In this document: positions 28,150 to 42,981 of the stretch, in pieces | Layout: every line of letters begins with the position of its first letter | Position numbering within the stretch: the first letter of the stretch is position 1 | Source of the DNA: Octopus vulgaris | Lineage: Eukaryota | Length of the DNA stretch: 64,000 bases | Direction: 5' to 3' | Assembly (NCBI GenBank): GCA_951406725.2 | Contig: OX597815.1 | Span: forward strand, 47,182,001-47,246,000 | The notes under the pieces: model-generated | What the model was told of the DNA's origin: nothing | The model's database searches: none | The model's input: only the letters and a program-made list of their open reading frames with translations | Translations under genes and position numbers: made by a program

Positions 28150-29235
28150 AGTGCAAGTTTTGAAGAGTACAGTTCGACTTTATTTATTCAAAGCTATTAT
28201 GGAAGTGACAAAGGTGCATATCTGGCATATTTTGCTTTATGAGTTCAATAAAGGCAACAACCCAACAGAAAGTTCGGGGAATATTAATGCAGTATATGGG
28301 GATCGGACAACAAGCGTAAGCCGGTGCCAACGGCAGTTCCAGGAATTCTCAGCCGGAAACTACAGCCTAGATGAAGAGCCTCGTCCTGAAAGATCTGTAG
28401 AACTCGACGAGAACGTCATATAAACCCTGGTGGAACAAAATCCCATTGTAACTGTTGAGGAACTAGCAGAGAAGCTTGGATTTGGTCATTCAACCATTCA
28501 TCGAGAGTTGCGAGCCATCGGAAAAGCCAGCAATTTGGGTCAATAGTTTCCTCAGAAACTTTCCGCGTCTAATCGCGCGCAGAGTGAACGAGTGCCCTTC
28601 TTTGCTGTCACATCTCACGAATGAACCTTTTTTGGACTGAACAGTGACTGGTCACGCGAAATGGGTTCTCTATAAAAACATCAAGCACCGAAGACTGTGA
28701 GTAGGGAAAGGAGAAACACCGGCACTCCAGGCTAAAGAAGGTTTTCACCGACGTAAGGTATTGTTATCTGTCCGGTGGGATATAAAAGGTTTAGTCCACT
28801 TTTAACTTTTAAACTCAAACCAAACAATAACAAAGGAGATCTACTGCGAGCAGCTTGAGCGGCTTAAATTAGTACTCGAAGAAAAGCGACCCTCATTTGT
28901 TTCAGGTCGAAAGGTATTCTTCCATCAGAATAATGCTCGGCCACGTACAGCGAGGATGACATTCCAAAGGCTGGAGCAGTTTGAATGAAAACCAATGCCC
29001 CACCCACCATATCCACCGGGCATTGCTCCATCTGATTATCATTTGGACAGAAAAATATGGATTCTGTAGACGAGGTCAGAACTGTACTGGAGGAGTATTT
29101 TTCGTCACGGACAAGTGAATTATGGAAGAAGGGCTTTGCAATTCTACAAGATAGATGAAGAAGGGTATATCTTAGATTAAAAAAGAACTTTGTTTATCTT
29201 AATTTTGAAAAATAAAAGAAGTATATAAAACGGCA
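28150..29235 (+). pseudogene. Decayed mariner transposon, near full-length transposase
   Basis: MEVTKVHIWHILLYEFNKG (HTH), VTGHAKWVLY, KVLLSVRWD, FFHQNNARP and PHPPYPPGIAPSDYHL, with stops and frameshifts. Confidence 0.92.
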
Positions 29236-29247
29236 ATATTGTTTTCA

Positions 29248-29649
29248 ATAATAGAAATATTAAAATTACTAAGTCTCTCTAAAGGAGATTACGGCAGCGT
29301 TACTGGATATTAATAGTTATCACCATACTAATATGGCAGTCTATAAATAAGACTAAAGCTGTCGCTGATTAGCTCCAAGAGGCCATCGCCTCTAGCTAGC
29401 TATATGATACACGAACCTGCGTCCATTACAACCTGTTCGAAGGTTGTAATGGACCTTCGAACAGGTTGTAATGGACGCAGGTTCGTGTGTCATATAGCTA
29501 GCTAGAGGCGATGGCCCCTTGGAGCTAATCAGCGACAGCTTTAGTCTTATTTATAGACTGCCATATTAGTATGACGATAACTAGTAATGTCCAGTAACGC
29601 TGCCGTAATCTCCTTTAGAGAGACTTAGTAATTTTAATATTTCTATTAT
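29248..29649. repeat. Near-perfect 402-bp palindrome, about 197-bp arms with an 8-nt spacer
   Basis: ATAATAGAAATATT...TTCGAAGGT | TGTAATGG | ACCTTCGAA...AATATTTCTATTAT, with few mismatches. Confidence 0.95.
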
Positions 29650-29670
29650 ATATATATATAATTGTGTTGT

Positions 29671-29760
29671 CAGTGACTTCGAAGTTTCATATCGCTAAGC
29701 CATCACGAGACTCTCCGATGAATGTTTAGCAGACCGAAGTTTCGAAATCACTGTGAACGA
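29671..29760 (+). ncRNA. Degenerate hammerhead relic within a small inverted repeat
   Basis: CCGAUGA...GAAAUCACUGUGA has the same stem III as 237-284. Stems I and II are poor. Confidence 0.35.
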
Positions 29761-30704
29761 TATTTTTGTGAAACAATAATAAACATGGACTCAACAAATA
29801 AATATTGAGTAATCTTTCTGTTTAATGTAAAATAGTTTTCATTATAACTCGACATAAAAACAAATGTCAATACGTGTGCCTGTGTGTTCTATATGCATAT
29901 GCACAGATATGTGTATACGTATATTTACACACATACGTACATACATACACACACGCACATACACACATATACAATAAAGAGAGAAAAGAAAAGAGAGATG
30001 AGGTGAATAGATAAACAAGCAATAATAGAAACTATGAACTTCTTAATATAAGATATTACATATAAGCCAGTTGAGTTAATTTGATACGGCAAGAATTCAA
30101 GAAACAGGGTGCTAAATATCAAAGAAAAGTGAACATCATAGCAGATTATATGAAAGCATTGATCTCTGTTAGTGAATACATCACTTGAATAACAAACAAT
30201 ATCATTAGAATTCTTCATATATCATAACATATTACATCAAATGATATATTATTCACCTCACATGCATTTACACTCGCGCATGCGCACACATGTTTTCTTG
30301 TATACAGCTTGATTGAACACTGCGTTTAATTTTCTAGAAGCACGCTCATATAATGTTTCATAGATAGTTGTATAGCGGAGATAGCTTCAATAGATGAAGA
30401 ATTTATCTTGTATGGTGTATAAGATAGCTTTCTTTGTCCTTGTTGTCCAAAGCCATGCAGCTGGCCATTCTGAGTTATTTTCTTTCGTTTATGTTTGTTA
30501 TATGTATGCATGTGTGCGTGCGTGTGTGTGTGTACATACATACTTACATAAACAGAGATATAGATTAAAGTATGAAGGAGAGGCAAACAAATTAGCAAGA
30601 CTTAACAAGGACATTTAATTCAATTTAGCTGTATAATGAAAGGCAGAGATAGCCCTCGATAGCTGTTTCTGGGATATCCCAGCTATTGAAACATCGTGCA
30701 AATC

Positions 30705-31188
<484 letters not shown>

Positions 31189-31556
31189 GTTAAACATATG
31201 TAACAGTGGAATAAAAATTCCTCGTCAATGATAATTGTTGTGGTTCATTCTGTCCAGATAGGGAGGAGAAATCCAAATAAGACCAGTTAGATCTAGTGAG
31301 AGTGGGTATTCATTAAGCAAATCTATGATCAGATATAATGGTTACATAGTAATTCATAGTGAAGAAAAATGGATGTTAGTTATTCCAAAGTTGCACAAAT
31401 GCCTTTTCATTAATTTGCAAATTTAAATTAAATGTCTTTATCAAGTCTTGCCAATTTGTTTGCCTCTCCTTTTTTTACGTTACCTATACCTACTGAATAG
31501 GGCAGTCACAAAGCTACAACTTCAGCTGACACTCACACCGGAGTTTTAGTGTTATA

Positions 31557-32192
31557 CGAGGGGCATTCAATAAGTAATGCCCCTGACCCACTTCCCATAG
31601 CAGTAGAGCAACGACACTTGGCACAGTTATTAGTCTTCTTTTACATAGGAACCACCCAGAGTTATACATTTCTCCCATCGTTTGATGCAGCTCTAGAGAC
31701 CGTTTTTGTAGAAGACCCCAGCTTGGTCCTCCAACCACGACCTGACTTCAGAAATCAAGGCTGCATCATCTGGGAAACGCTTTCCTTTCAAAAACAACTT
31801 CATGGCTGGGAAGAGGTGAAAATCTGAGGGTGCAAGGTCAGGAGAGTAGGAGTTTGGGAGAAGAGTTCATAGCCGCACGCCTGTGCTTCTGATCTGGCGA
31901 CCATCGAGTTGTGGACCGGAGCGTTGTCCTGCAGGAGGAGGATGCCTTTGCTGATCTTGCCCCGCCTCTTGATTTTGATAGCTTCTCTTAATTTCCTCAA
32001 AAGTGAAGCATAATAGGCTCCTGTAATTGTGGTACCTTTTTCCAGGAAATCTGTCATCTCTATTCCGTCCTCGTCCCAGAAGACTGTGAGCATGACCTTG
32101 CTATAGAGATATGAATAATTGCACATGCAACATTTCAGCAAGATCAAACAACAACAAGTGGGTCAGGGGCATTACTTACTGAACGTCCCTCG
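31557..32192 (-). mobile_element. Internally deleted mariner element with intact TIRs and TA TSD
   Basis: TA-CGAGGGGCATTCAATAAGTAATGCCCCTGACCCACTT...AAGTGGGTCAGGGGCATTACTTACTGAACGTCCCTCG-TA. It encodes KVMLTVFWD..LLQDNAPVH..PYSPDLAPSDF. Confidence 0.95.
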
Positions 32193-32270
32193 TACCTATT
32201 TGAGCACTTAGACTGTATACCTATTGGTTTCAGTCACCTTGACGAAAACTCATTGTATCGTTTACATAAC

Positions 32271-32273
<3 letters not shown>

Positions 32274-32306
<33 letters not shown>

Positions 32307-32462
32307 GAGGGAGAGAGGGAGAGAGAGAAGGAGAGAGATAGGAAGAGGGAGAGAAGGAGAGAGAGAAGGAGAGAGAGAGAGGAAGAGGGAGAGAGGGAGA
32401 GAGGGAGAGAGAGGTAGGGAGAGAGATAGGAAGAGGGAGAGAAGGAGAGAGAGAAAGAGAGT
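32274..32462. repeat. GA-rich polypurine repeat
   Basis: Direct reading. Confidence 0.9.
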
Positions 32463-33014
32463 GAGACAAGTATGTAGTGATTAGCGTAGCCTGGTAGTCT
32501 GAATGTTGCACTCATGGTCTCAAGATCGTCATTTTAATTTCAGCATCGGAGGCGTTATGTTCTTGAACAAAACACTTAATCTCACGCTGCTCCAGTTCAC
32601 TCAGCTGTAAATCAGTAAACCCGCGATAGACTGGCGTTCTTTTCAGGGAAAATATTATTTTGGTCACTTAATTTCCATGGAAACCAGATAACCAGGCCAA
32701 TGAACCCTAAGGCTCGATACAGTAATGTCCAAGTGTATGCGTTCCTCTGTGTGTGTGTGTGTATGTCTTTGAGGTATTCAGAGCTTATAGCTACATCTGT
32801 AACACGATTTTACACTATTAAGCATGAATTTGGATACACAAATCTTCAAGGAACTTTCGTCATAATTGTTGAAGAATTTCCTCCTGTGGTTCAACTCATG
32901 AAATGATCACACCTTCCCAACACTGGCTCTTCTCCACATCTACATCAACATTAGCTTAATATGTAACCCTATTATTTGCTGGCTTTGTTCCAAAACTTGA
33001 AATCAATATATGCG

Positions 33015-33180
33015 AGAGCGGCAATGTGGCAGAATTGTTAGCTAGCCGGGCAGAAAGTTCTTCCGAGTCGACTTTGCCTTGCATTCTTTCGGGTTCGATA
33101 CCGGTTTAGCACTGAGGTCGAAGTAATCGCTTTACTCCCTCCCCTGAAATTTCTGGTCTTGTGCCAAAATTAGAAACCAA
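33015..33180 (+). mobile_element. Family A SINE, internally deleted
   Basis: GAGTCGACTTTGCCTTGCATTCTTTCGGG..CTTGTGCCAAAATTAGAAAC. Confidence 0.7.
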
Positions 33181-33949
33181 TATTTCCCCTACTGCAACAA
33201 ACATTAGAAGGCTTAAAGTATTATCTATCAAATCCCTATCACTTTTGCTATCTGCAACAACAAAGGCTATCACATACAACCGATAATTTTATTCAATAAC
33301 ATACACAATACCACACAACGTACAAAAGCACGGAATCATATATACGGAGTGCCTTATAACGCCCACAGCATGCATGACAAATATACTAAATAATACGAAA
33401 CACTACAAGCGCCTTTGGACTATTCACAATTACTAAGTCTGACCGATAGGAGTTAAGCATCAACAACGGGGTAAAATCAATGCAAGAGATCTAAAATAGA
33501 TTTTACTAGCCCTTCCACCCAACAAGTGTTTATAAAGTACAAAGAATAGAAAACACTGAATTATGCACTGCATCGTGATAGATTGTAACATCACTGCTTA
33601 GCGCTCCCACACCGTAATTTGTTTACAGCGAGCCGCCGATTATAACTACTAACCGACGTACGATGGCTGGAATAGCATAAGAAAAGATCGGCTTTCTCAT
33701 CAGCTCGCAATGCCAGCGTCCGGCTTCTGTGGCTGCATAGGAGGTAACCACTCTGAAACGTTTGCATCTTACAGTCTGAATAGATTGCAAGCTGATTTAG
33801 GTGTATTTACACCATTCGTGTAGAGCGAGACATTTTCTCCATGACAAAACACAGTGAATATCTTGTTCACGAGTTCGAACGTGCCACTGGCATATTCGAA
33901 CTGGTAATGAAATCAGGTGCCATATCCCAATCTAATGATATTAATAATG

Positions 33950-34160
33950 CTGGCAATAGAAATAAGAACATTAGTAGAAGGTCGGCACTGAATAAAGTTT
34001 GTAACTTCAGAACCACCAAAACCTGTCCGCTTGCAGGATCATGTTTTTGATACAAAGTTGTGTATAAATGTATAGTGGAACGATAGATTTCAAAAGGAGG
34101 TATAGAGCCTATATGAATTCCTTTCCAAAACCTAAGTATAGGAATTCCACTACCTTAAGG
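33950..34160 (+). pseudogene. Penelope-like element zinc-linker / GIY-YIG fragment
   Basis: CNFRTTKTCPLAGSCF*YKVVYKC and FKRRYRAYMNSF..KYRNSTTL. Confidence 0.65.
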
Positions 34161-34550
34161 TGAATAAAAAGCAAATAAGTAACAAGAATGTATTAGTATA
34201 TTACGGCCTTTTCAAGCGGCTCCATTTAACCGCCCCATACAAGCATTACATCAATTTGAAATACACCGCCTTCCTCGGATGCATAAGACCATATCGGTTT
34301 TCAACACACAGGATACTCAATTATAGATTTTTAAACAAATCTTTTATCAAGACTAGCGAATAAAAGAATTACATGCTTGTTGCTATTATTGTAGCTGAAT
34401 GAACTGAGGAACAAAATACCCTAACTATAATTTGGAGCAGCATAAGAGAATAACAATGAGGTCAAGAGATGGTACTATAGCTACATTTATCTTTTGGAAG
34501 AGCTTTGCTCTAACCATTGGGCTATTGCACCTCCACACATACACACAAAC

Positions 34551-34585
<35 letters not shown>

Positions 34586-34771
34586 TACACACATATATAA
34601 AGAATTTATAATAACTATAAAATGTAATTACAAATAAATAAAAAATATATAAATACCATTTTGTATTATACTATTATTAACTGTAGCGAGAAGTTACAAC
34701 AACTTCGCAAAACATCGAATGGTACACCAGTGTATAACGACGGAAAATAGGTATACAAATAATATAATATA

Positions 34772-34988
34772 ATCTTTTCTACTCTAGGCACAAGGCCAGA
34801 ATTTTTTAAGGTGGGAGGCCAGTCGATTAGATCGACCCCTGTTCTCAACTGATACTTAATTTACCGACTCCGAAAGGGTAAAAGGCAAAGTCGACCCCCG
34901 GGGAATTTGAACTCAAAACATAAAGACAGACGAAATACAGGTAAACATTTCGTCTGGCGTGTTAACGTTTCTGCCAGATCACCGCCTT
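34772..34988 (-). mobile_element. Family A SINE
   Basis: Closely matches 1805-2020. Confidence 0.88.
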
Positions 34989-35149
34989 CATATAAGAATA
35001 CGAAAGAATAAATAGAATACACCAAAACATAAAATGAAGAAATATTTATATAAACCCAATGTAACTCAGTCTATCTCTATCCATCCATTAACTTCTCCTA
35101 CGAATTTTTTTTGTTTATTAACAGCTTTTTTAATCAACAATTATTTGTC

Positions 35150-35175
35150 TATATTTTATTATTATGATCATTATC

Positions 35176-35219
<44 letters not shown>

Positions 35220-35236
35220 TATTATTATTATCATTA

Positions 35237-35267
<31 letters not shown>

Positions 35268-35278
35268 TATTATTATCA

Positions 35279-35350
<72 letters not shown>

Positions 35351-35472
35351 GTATATAAAAGATTCACACGCTACATTTAGTGAATGAGTGACTCAATACC
35401 AAGAGTAGAGTCTAAAATTTAATGTGAAGTTAGTTAACAGGGACTTCATAATACATAAAACTTGCATACCTA

Positions 35473-35522
<50 letters not shown>

Positions 35523-35650
35523 TATATATACACATATATATACATACATTTATATATATATATATATACTTATATATATAGTATATATGTATATATATAC
35601 ATATACATATATATTATATATATGTATGTATATCTATGTCTAAATATATG

Positions 35651-35681
<31 letters not shown>

Positions 35682-35850
35682 GCATATATAAATATATACA
35701 TACGCACATATATATGTACGTATGTATGTATGTATGTACGTACGTACGTACGTATGTATGAATGTATGTATGTATATATGCATGTATGTATGTATGCATG
35801 TATGTATGCATGTATGTATGTATGTATGTATGTATGCGTGTATTTGTGTG
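35150..35850. repeat. (TTA/TCA)n, (TA)n and (TATG)n microsatellites
   Basis: Direct reading. Confidence 0.9.
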
Positions 35851-37081
35851 TGCGTGCACGTGGTACCGAACATTTCGAAGGCAGTAACTAAATTTCTTAA
35901 TCCTTTGAATTGAAACTTCTCCCAGACATTTCTCAACTCACCAAAATCCATTACTGTCAAGTCTTTCAAAGAAACTGGCCAACCATTTCAAATTTATCAC
36001 CCCAGTCTTTTGAATCAATTGATATGTTAGCCTTGTTTGTACAGTATATCGCTAAGATGTCAAAACTTTTCAGATTAATTTACTCACTAGTTCACAATTC
36101 TTATATAAAATCATTCACCAGGAACACTTACGGATTTTCACATCTAATCCTATGCATTCTCACATGTTATATAAGGAAAAGAAACGTTTTATAAGTCTAT
36201 ATAGTCCCAATCTTTCATCAAGACAGCTATCAGGCTCGTTGCAATCAAGCAAGTCATCAAATCAGCTTTCATCGTAACTAAGTACCAGATACACTATGGC
36301 TAATCAATAAGTTCTAGTGACCTACAATTAAACGGATTATTTAAGCCTTTACGTGATCATTCTGATTGCTAGAAATAGCTACCAAATCTCCTTAAACAAA
36401 ATTGCGAATAATAGGAATCGTACAATATCGCATTCTAAAACCTCGGAATGCGGTATAAGGAAATAAATGTACGAAGGTGTTGGACGCCATATTGAATTTA
36501 CGAACACTAAAAAATAGTATGATGCTACTTTACCGCACAATAGAATAATTCTATCGCATGTGAGATCCTGGATCGATTTTAAAGAGGAAAAACTTGGTTA
36601 ATGCATATTCACATAGTTCAATGCATCCTCACAGTGAACATAGGGAAAAGGAAACAGCGAGAATATGCTCAGTGCGAAAGAATTCGCAAATGAAAAGCCA
36701 TATGTCAGTTTGCTGTCTGTCTGTCTGTATGTGTATGCGCGCGCGTGTGTGTAAGAATTTAGAAACTTCAAGAGAACATGAAATAATGTTGTGGAACGTT
36801 GGATCTTGAACTACATAACCTATATAGCAGCGTAAAGAAGTAGGAGGCTGCCCATGGGACACGGGGACAATATATATAAAAACCCACACCCACTTACATA
36901 TACACACATACACACACACGCATATATACACACGTACATGTACACATGCATATATATATATATATATCACGTGATCACGTGACCGGCCAGACCATCAGAT
37001 GTTGTTACACATCGCTGGTCACAATGCGTTCGCATTGTTTTAGCCTTCGAATGACGCCACCCCGCTGGCTAAGCGAGCAGG

Positions 37082-37133
<52 letters not shown>

Positions 37134-37957
37134 CCTTCATGTTACCCCTGCCTATAACATTATCCCAATCAATTTTTAAATTTTAATTTACTTTTTAACT
37201 TTTCTTCCATAATCACACTTTCCTACCACTTTTCTCTATGCTTTCCGTTTTCATTTTTCAAAAATATTAACTTCCGAAACCCTCGCTCTTTTCAAATATT
37301 CGCTTCAAACATTCAAATTAACACCATTTAATTCTTTGTTTAGAAGAACAAATATCCAGTACCAGTTACATTATATATAACATTTTATTTGATGCACCTG
37401 TATTTGAATGAGGTTGTAATTCCGAGTTCCGCCAAGCTTGAGTGCGCTGAAACAATGAATTAGTCGTTGGTCCGTCGTTCTGTTGGATGGTCTCATAAGA
37501 AATAACCAACCTATTATTGAAGTGTGATTTAAACCAATCAACACATCCCGAAACTCAGAGATTTCGTGTGATTTGGATCCATTTATCCGTATGAAACTAC
37601 TTGTATGTATGTATGTATGTATGTATGTATGTATGTATGTATGTATGTATGTATGTATGTATGTATATGTATGTATGTATGTATGTATGTATTTATGTAT
37701 ATATATACATTACATACATATAAGAGTTGATGACCACTAAGTGTACATCGAATATGATAGATGTACACCCCTATATGGTCTGACCACTAAGAAAAGAATG
37801 TTCTCAATAAAATTCAGTAAACGCCAAAACGTAAGCGAGCAAGACATGTTCTCTTAACCGGCAGGCTTCAATGCAGTAAATTATTTTATGCAGAGTTATT
37901 TCCGGTTTTTGTATGTATGTATGTATGTATGTATGTATGTATGTATGTATGTATGTA

Positions 37958-37995
<38 letters not shown>

Positions 37996-38789
37996 TGTGT
38001 ATGTGTGTGTGTGTGTGCATGTATGTATATGTTGCTTATATCAATTTACGTATACACGTTAGCGAATCGCTAGATCACCCATTAATTTGGATGATGCAAA
38101 CATATATACTAATAGAGAAAGAAAAACGAAAAAAGCCGAGATCGAGCGGGCTTAACTGAAGAGACAATGGAAATTGCCGAAACTGACGTCAGTATTAAGA
38201 ATTCTCGATCGGCTTTTTCCGGACGATTCAGGTCCCTGTTAGTGTATATGTTTTCATTTATGTGCATTAACTACAATATTAGAGCATTTTAGCTCGTATT
38301 TCTAGCAATGTAGATTTCTTAATACCGTAGTCACATTTCGCGACTATTATAATTCTCCTTTTTGGTGGAACATTGCAGACTGGTGATTATATTAATTCGG
38401 AGATTAGTTAAGAATCTTTCTACAAGAATTTCTAGATTATCCGCTAATAAAATGTTCATATCACATGCAACTTATTGTAATGCTTCTTTAGCTAGGGCTG
38501 AGTATCGTGAAAAAAGTCAATATATATAATAAGCAGACATACACAACACTGGTAATTCCTCCAATAGTAATAAACCTTGTATGCCATCACAACGTCACGG
38601 TATGAGAACTCAATCAGATATAGAATATAAGCCAGGAAGAATTTGTCAAGACAATGAACCACCAACGAAAACTCAGAGACATACGTAGCATAATAATCCA
38701 ACTGCTTGTAACACTGTAAATTGTTCCAATCCTGTACAACACACTCGATCAAATAAGCCTAACAACAGATATAGGAATCAGAATGTTCT

Positions 38790-40085
38790 CTAGCTCAATC
38801 CAATTTTCGGTTCGCATGTTTCAATCAAGATCGCTGGAAAATTTTTTGCCGCTTTGGACAAATGTCTTCCTAAATCGAATCGATATGATGCTATTTTCAA
38901 TCGGCAGCTTATGCACCGGATAAACAATAGTAAAATGCAACCAAGTTTCAATAATCCACCTGCTGAATCCAGAGAACATACGCACCTAAATAGCAACAAA
39001 GATGTAAACCGCAATGAAAAGCACTAACTACAGTCAAATTGTAATAGTGTAAATGCTTATAATATAGCTAACACGATAACACATCGGAGAATGGAGTCGG
39101 AACTGCCATACATACAAGTAAATGCTCATGCAGAGAAAAATCAAATGCCCAATGATGAACCTGTGTATGAATACAAATCTTGTATATAAACGTACCGGGC
39201 ACACAAATGGAGGGCCGTATATTTACATTGGGCAGACAGCTGATTCATTTAAGAATCGTTATCGCAACCCTGTCGCCTACTTTTAGAGAATCAATAAGAG
39301 ACATTCAATATCTTAGGCCGATTTTGTATGGTGACTGAAGGAAGATAAAATTAAGTACAGCATAACTTGGTCCATAGTAAGGCACGTGAAACCATACAAT
39401 ATCATTTCCAGGAGATGCCGACTCTGGTCCGAGGAATCCCTGTCTATTCTGTGGACCAATGGGAAGATCATTAATATAATTTCTGAAAGACTCTCAAAAT
39501 GCCTACACGCATATAAATGTACTTTCGCACGATGCAGTGGGAATGAATTTGAGTAATTGTTAACATAATTTACTTTAAGGTAGGGATTAATTAAGTTTAG
39601 TTTTAATCTCTCTGTTCTTATAAGCACCAAGTAGCTATTTAACTCACTTTGTAATCGTGAGTGCACCAAACCATACGTGTGCACATGCTTACATTTTCGC
39701 GCATGTTTGTATGAACGAGTGTACGCGCGGCATGCAGCTTGCATTTGTTAACGGATATTTTAAATACTTTTCTCGCTGTATTGCGTGTTCGTTTCGTTTT
39801 TGCGTCTATGATTTTATGTTTGATCCTCTATGTAAATGAAGATATTTCCTTCGTTTTGCTGCTTTTCTTTGTACGAAAAGAGAAGACACATTGCGGAACT
39901 GTCATTCTAACAAGGTGCCTCTATTTATCACCCGATGGAACACATCTGCACCGCCGGATGCTCCTGAACCAGTTGTTAAGTGTCCCAGTAGTGAGGAATC
40001 GATGCTAGGTGTGTCGAAACAATTGTCGTGATTGATAAGAAATTCTCGTATACTCCATCTTCTGTCTTTAATTTATCACACAGAC
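38790..40085 (+). mobile_element. Penelope-like element 3' remnant: RT thumb, zinc linker, GIY-YIG endonuclease and pLTR
   Basis: NPIFGSHV..IAGKFFAALDKCLPK..IFNR, CSCR..CP, YIYIGQTADSFKNRY and ITWSIVRHVKPYNIISRRCRL. It ends with an HHR-like motif followed by (TATC)n/(TA)n. Confidence 0.82.
39927..40032 (+). ncRNA. Degenerate hammerhead at the PLE 3' end, with a long stem II
   Basis: Stem I AUCAC/GUGAU, core CCGAUGG (two deviations), stem II ACACAUCU..AGGUGUGU, GAAA, palindromic CAAUUG, GUC. Confidence 0.65.
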
Positions 40086-40087
40086 TT

Positions 40088-40286
<199 letters not shown>

Positions 40287-40399
40287 TATTGTGTCATGGG
40301 AGGTCCAGTAAGCCAAGACACAATAATACTAATTTCAACACACAAATTCACATCAAGAATCTTGCAAACTAGATGCAACACAAAGATGTACTTATATAT

Positions 40400-40539
40400 A
40401 TGGTTCCGAGTTCAGTCCCACTTCATGACACCCTGAGCAAATATCTTCTACTGTAGCCCCGGGCCGACCACAGCTTTGTGAGTGGATTTGGCTGACGGAA
40501 ACTAGAAGACCGTCGTATATACATACATACATACATATA

Positions 40540-40578
<39 letters not shown>

Positions 40579-40795
40579 GTGTGTGTGTGTGTATCTTTGT
40601 GCTTGTTCTCCACCACCACTTGACGACCGATGTTGGTGTGTTTATGTCCCCATTACTTAGTGGTTCGGCGAAAGAGACCGATAGAATATGTGCTCGACTT
40701 ACCAAAGAAAAAATGAAGTACTGGGGTCGATTGATTCGACTAAAAACTCTTCAAAGCAGTTCCCCAGCATACCCGCAGTTTAATGACTGAAAAAG
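40400..40795 (+). mobile_element. Family B SINE
   Basis: TGGTTCCGAGTTCAGTCCCAC..GTGAGTGGATTTGG..ACCGATGTTGGTGTGTTTA. Confidence 0.85.
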
Positions 40796-40910
40796 AAGAT
40801 GTATATATGTAAGTGGCAACTTTTGAGGGAGCCTAACGAGAAAGGACGAAAAAGTATTGAAGTTATATAAAAACATAGAACCGATGCACTAATAAATCAG
40901 AATGTGTGCG

Positions 40911-40963
<53 letters not shown>

Positions 40964-41801
40964 GTATGTATGTAGGCGTGTTTTTGTATGTTCGTGAGTC
41001 TATACCTTCGTGAATTAGCGTATTAACCCAATGTGTGCACATGTTAACTACATGAATGCGTAAGGTTTTCGAGGCAGAATGATCAGTTTGGGAAAAATGA
41101 TTGCCAAATAATTTGCTAATATCATGTTTTTGTTCTATCCACAAATTCGCTGTCGCCATTTTTCTGACTCTGTTTTCATAGAAATTTGCTGAAGTGGAAA
41201 AAAAGAAAGGAAGACTAAAAGAAAGGTGGTTCGGATTAGGGCAAAAGAGGCAACAGAAAATATGTTACCAGCATCCATAAGAGCAAGGACAACAGCAGTG
41301 ACAGTAGCTGCCACCACAAAAATGAAGGACACTAATAGCAAACGAACGAAGAGGCCCTCCGTATGCAGTCTCTGGACCTATTAAAAGTATCAGTCAAACA
41401 ACCTTGAAATTATATACCCTACGGTTAGAAAAGAAAGATGACATTGGATAATAATTGATATGTTATACCCGGGGAAAAGAAAGGATAGATAGATGATAGA
41501 TATGGCTGGAGCACATCTTTGATTAGGGCTGGAGAGTATCTTTGATTAAGTATTGTGGCTAAAAAAAAACACAGTAACAACAGCAACCACAATGAAACAC
41601 ACGCAAATATGATAATAAGAAATATAAAGCATATATATAATAATTTCAAGTGAATAAATACAGCATTAATAACAAAGTCTACATCACTAATAAATATGAT
41701 ATCCATAATACAAATTAACGAGGGAGACTCGATGTGGTTACCTGATATGCTAGAACTCCCCAATTCACAATTTACCGTCTTTAAAAATGGGTAAGAACAT
41801 A

Positions 41802-42365
41802 TAGGCGCAGGCGTAGCTGTGTGGTAAGAAGCTTGCTTTCCAATCACATGGTTCCAGGTTCAATCCCACTGCCTGGCATGGCATTTTGAGCAACTGTCTT
41901 CTACTGCAGCTTTGGGCCAACAAAAACCTTGTAAACGAATCTGGTGAAGGGAAACTGAAAGAAGCACTTCGTGTGTGTGTGTGTGTGTAGTTCAAATTTA
42001 CAGAAAACAAAGGACGAAGACAGGTGAGGGAACAACAAGCTAGTGTATTAGTTTAATGGTCAAGGAGAATGGAAAAACCTTTGACATTTCGAACCTACGC
42101 CTTTCGAGAGACGAGAGGGAAAAAATAAAGAAGGAAAAATCAGAGACAGAAAAATGTGTTGGGATTATGTGCCTTTACAACTTGACAACCGGTATTGGTA
42201 TGTTTACCTCCTCATAACTCAGGAGGTCGGTAAAAGAGACCGATACAAAAGTACCAAGCTTTAAAAGAAAAAGGATCAATTTCATTCTAGTGAAAATTCT
42301 TCTAGGCGGTGCCCCAGCATGGCTGTTGTCTGATGACTGAAACAAGTAAAAGATAAAAGATAAAA
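41802..42365 (+). mobile_element. Family B SINE containing an inserted minus-strand HHR-family relic (about 41990-42150)
   Basis: Head is GGCGCAGGCGTAGCTGTGTGGTAAG. The insert matches the reverse complement of 47820-47970. Confidence 0.8.
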
Positions 42366-42981
42366 AGTTTAGACTATGTAGTCTTAGATATAATCAGCAG
42401 ATAAACATGAATACATATTATGTATCAAAGAAGAATGTAGAAAATTGGTTGCACCGTGTCAATGAAAATATCGTACGATGCATTGCCAACAAAAAGAATG
42501 CATAACAGCAGCAGCAGCAGTAGTAGTAGTGGTGACGCATATGTCTAACAGACAGAGTTGATTGAAACGTCGTGTGAGTATGCACACTAATAAATTCAGT
42601 TAGTAATAGCATATTTAAAAATGTGAAACGTTAATATGTTAAGTGGAAATAGTTATATAATTTATCGGTGAGAAGAAAAGTATCAGAATGCGGGCATACT
42701 AGATCACTGCCTTAAAGAACCTTAGTCGAAGTCGAACGAATCAACCCTAGTACTTATTATTTTAAGCTTGATGCATATTCTATCAGTCACTTGTGCCACT
42801 ACATTACGGGAATGTAAACACATCAACACCAGACGTCTCACACAAAATCCATATGCACATCTTATATATATATATATAAAGTTAATCCAAACATGAAAAC
42901 ACTAAGAGAAAACACAACAACGCGAGGACGGGGAACAAGTATAGTGTTGTTGGACGCTCAGGAAAGGAAAGAAAGAAGGAG

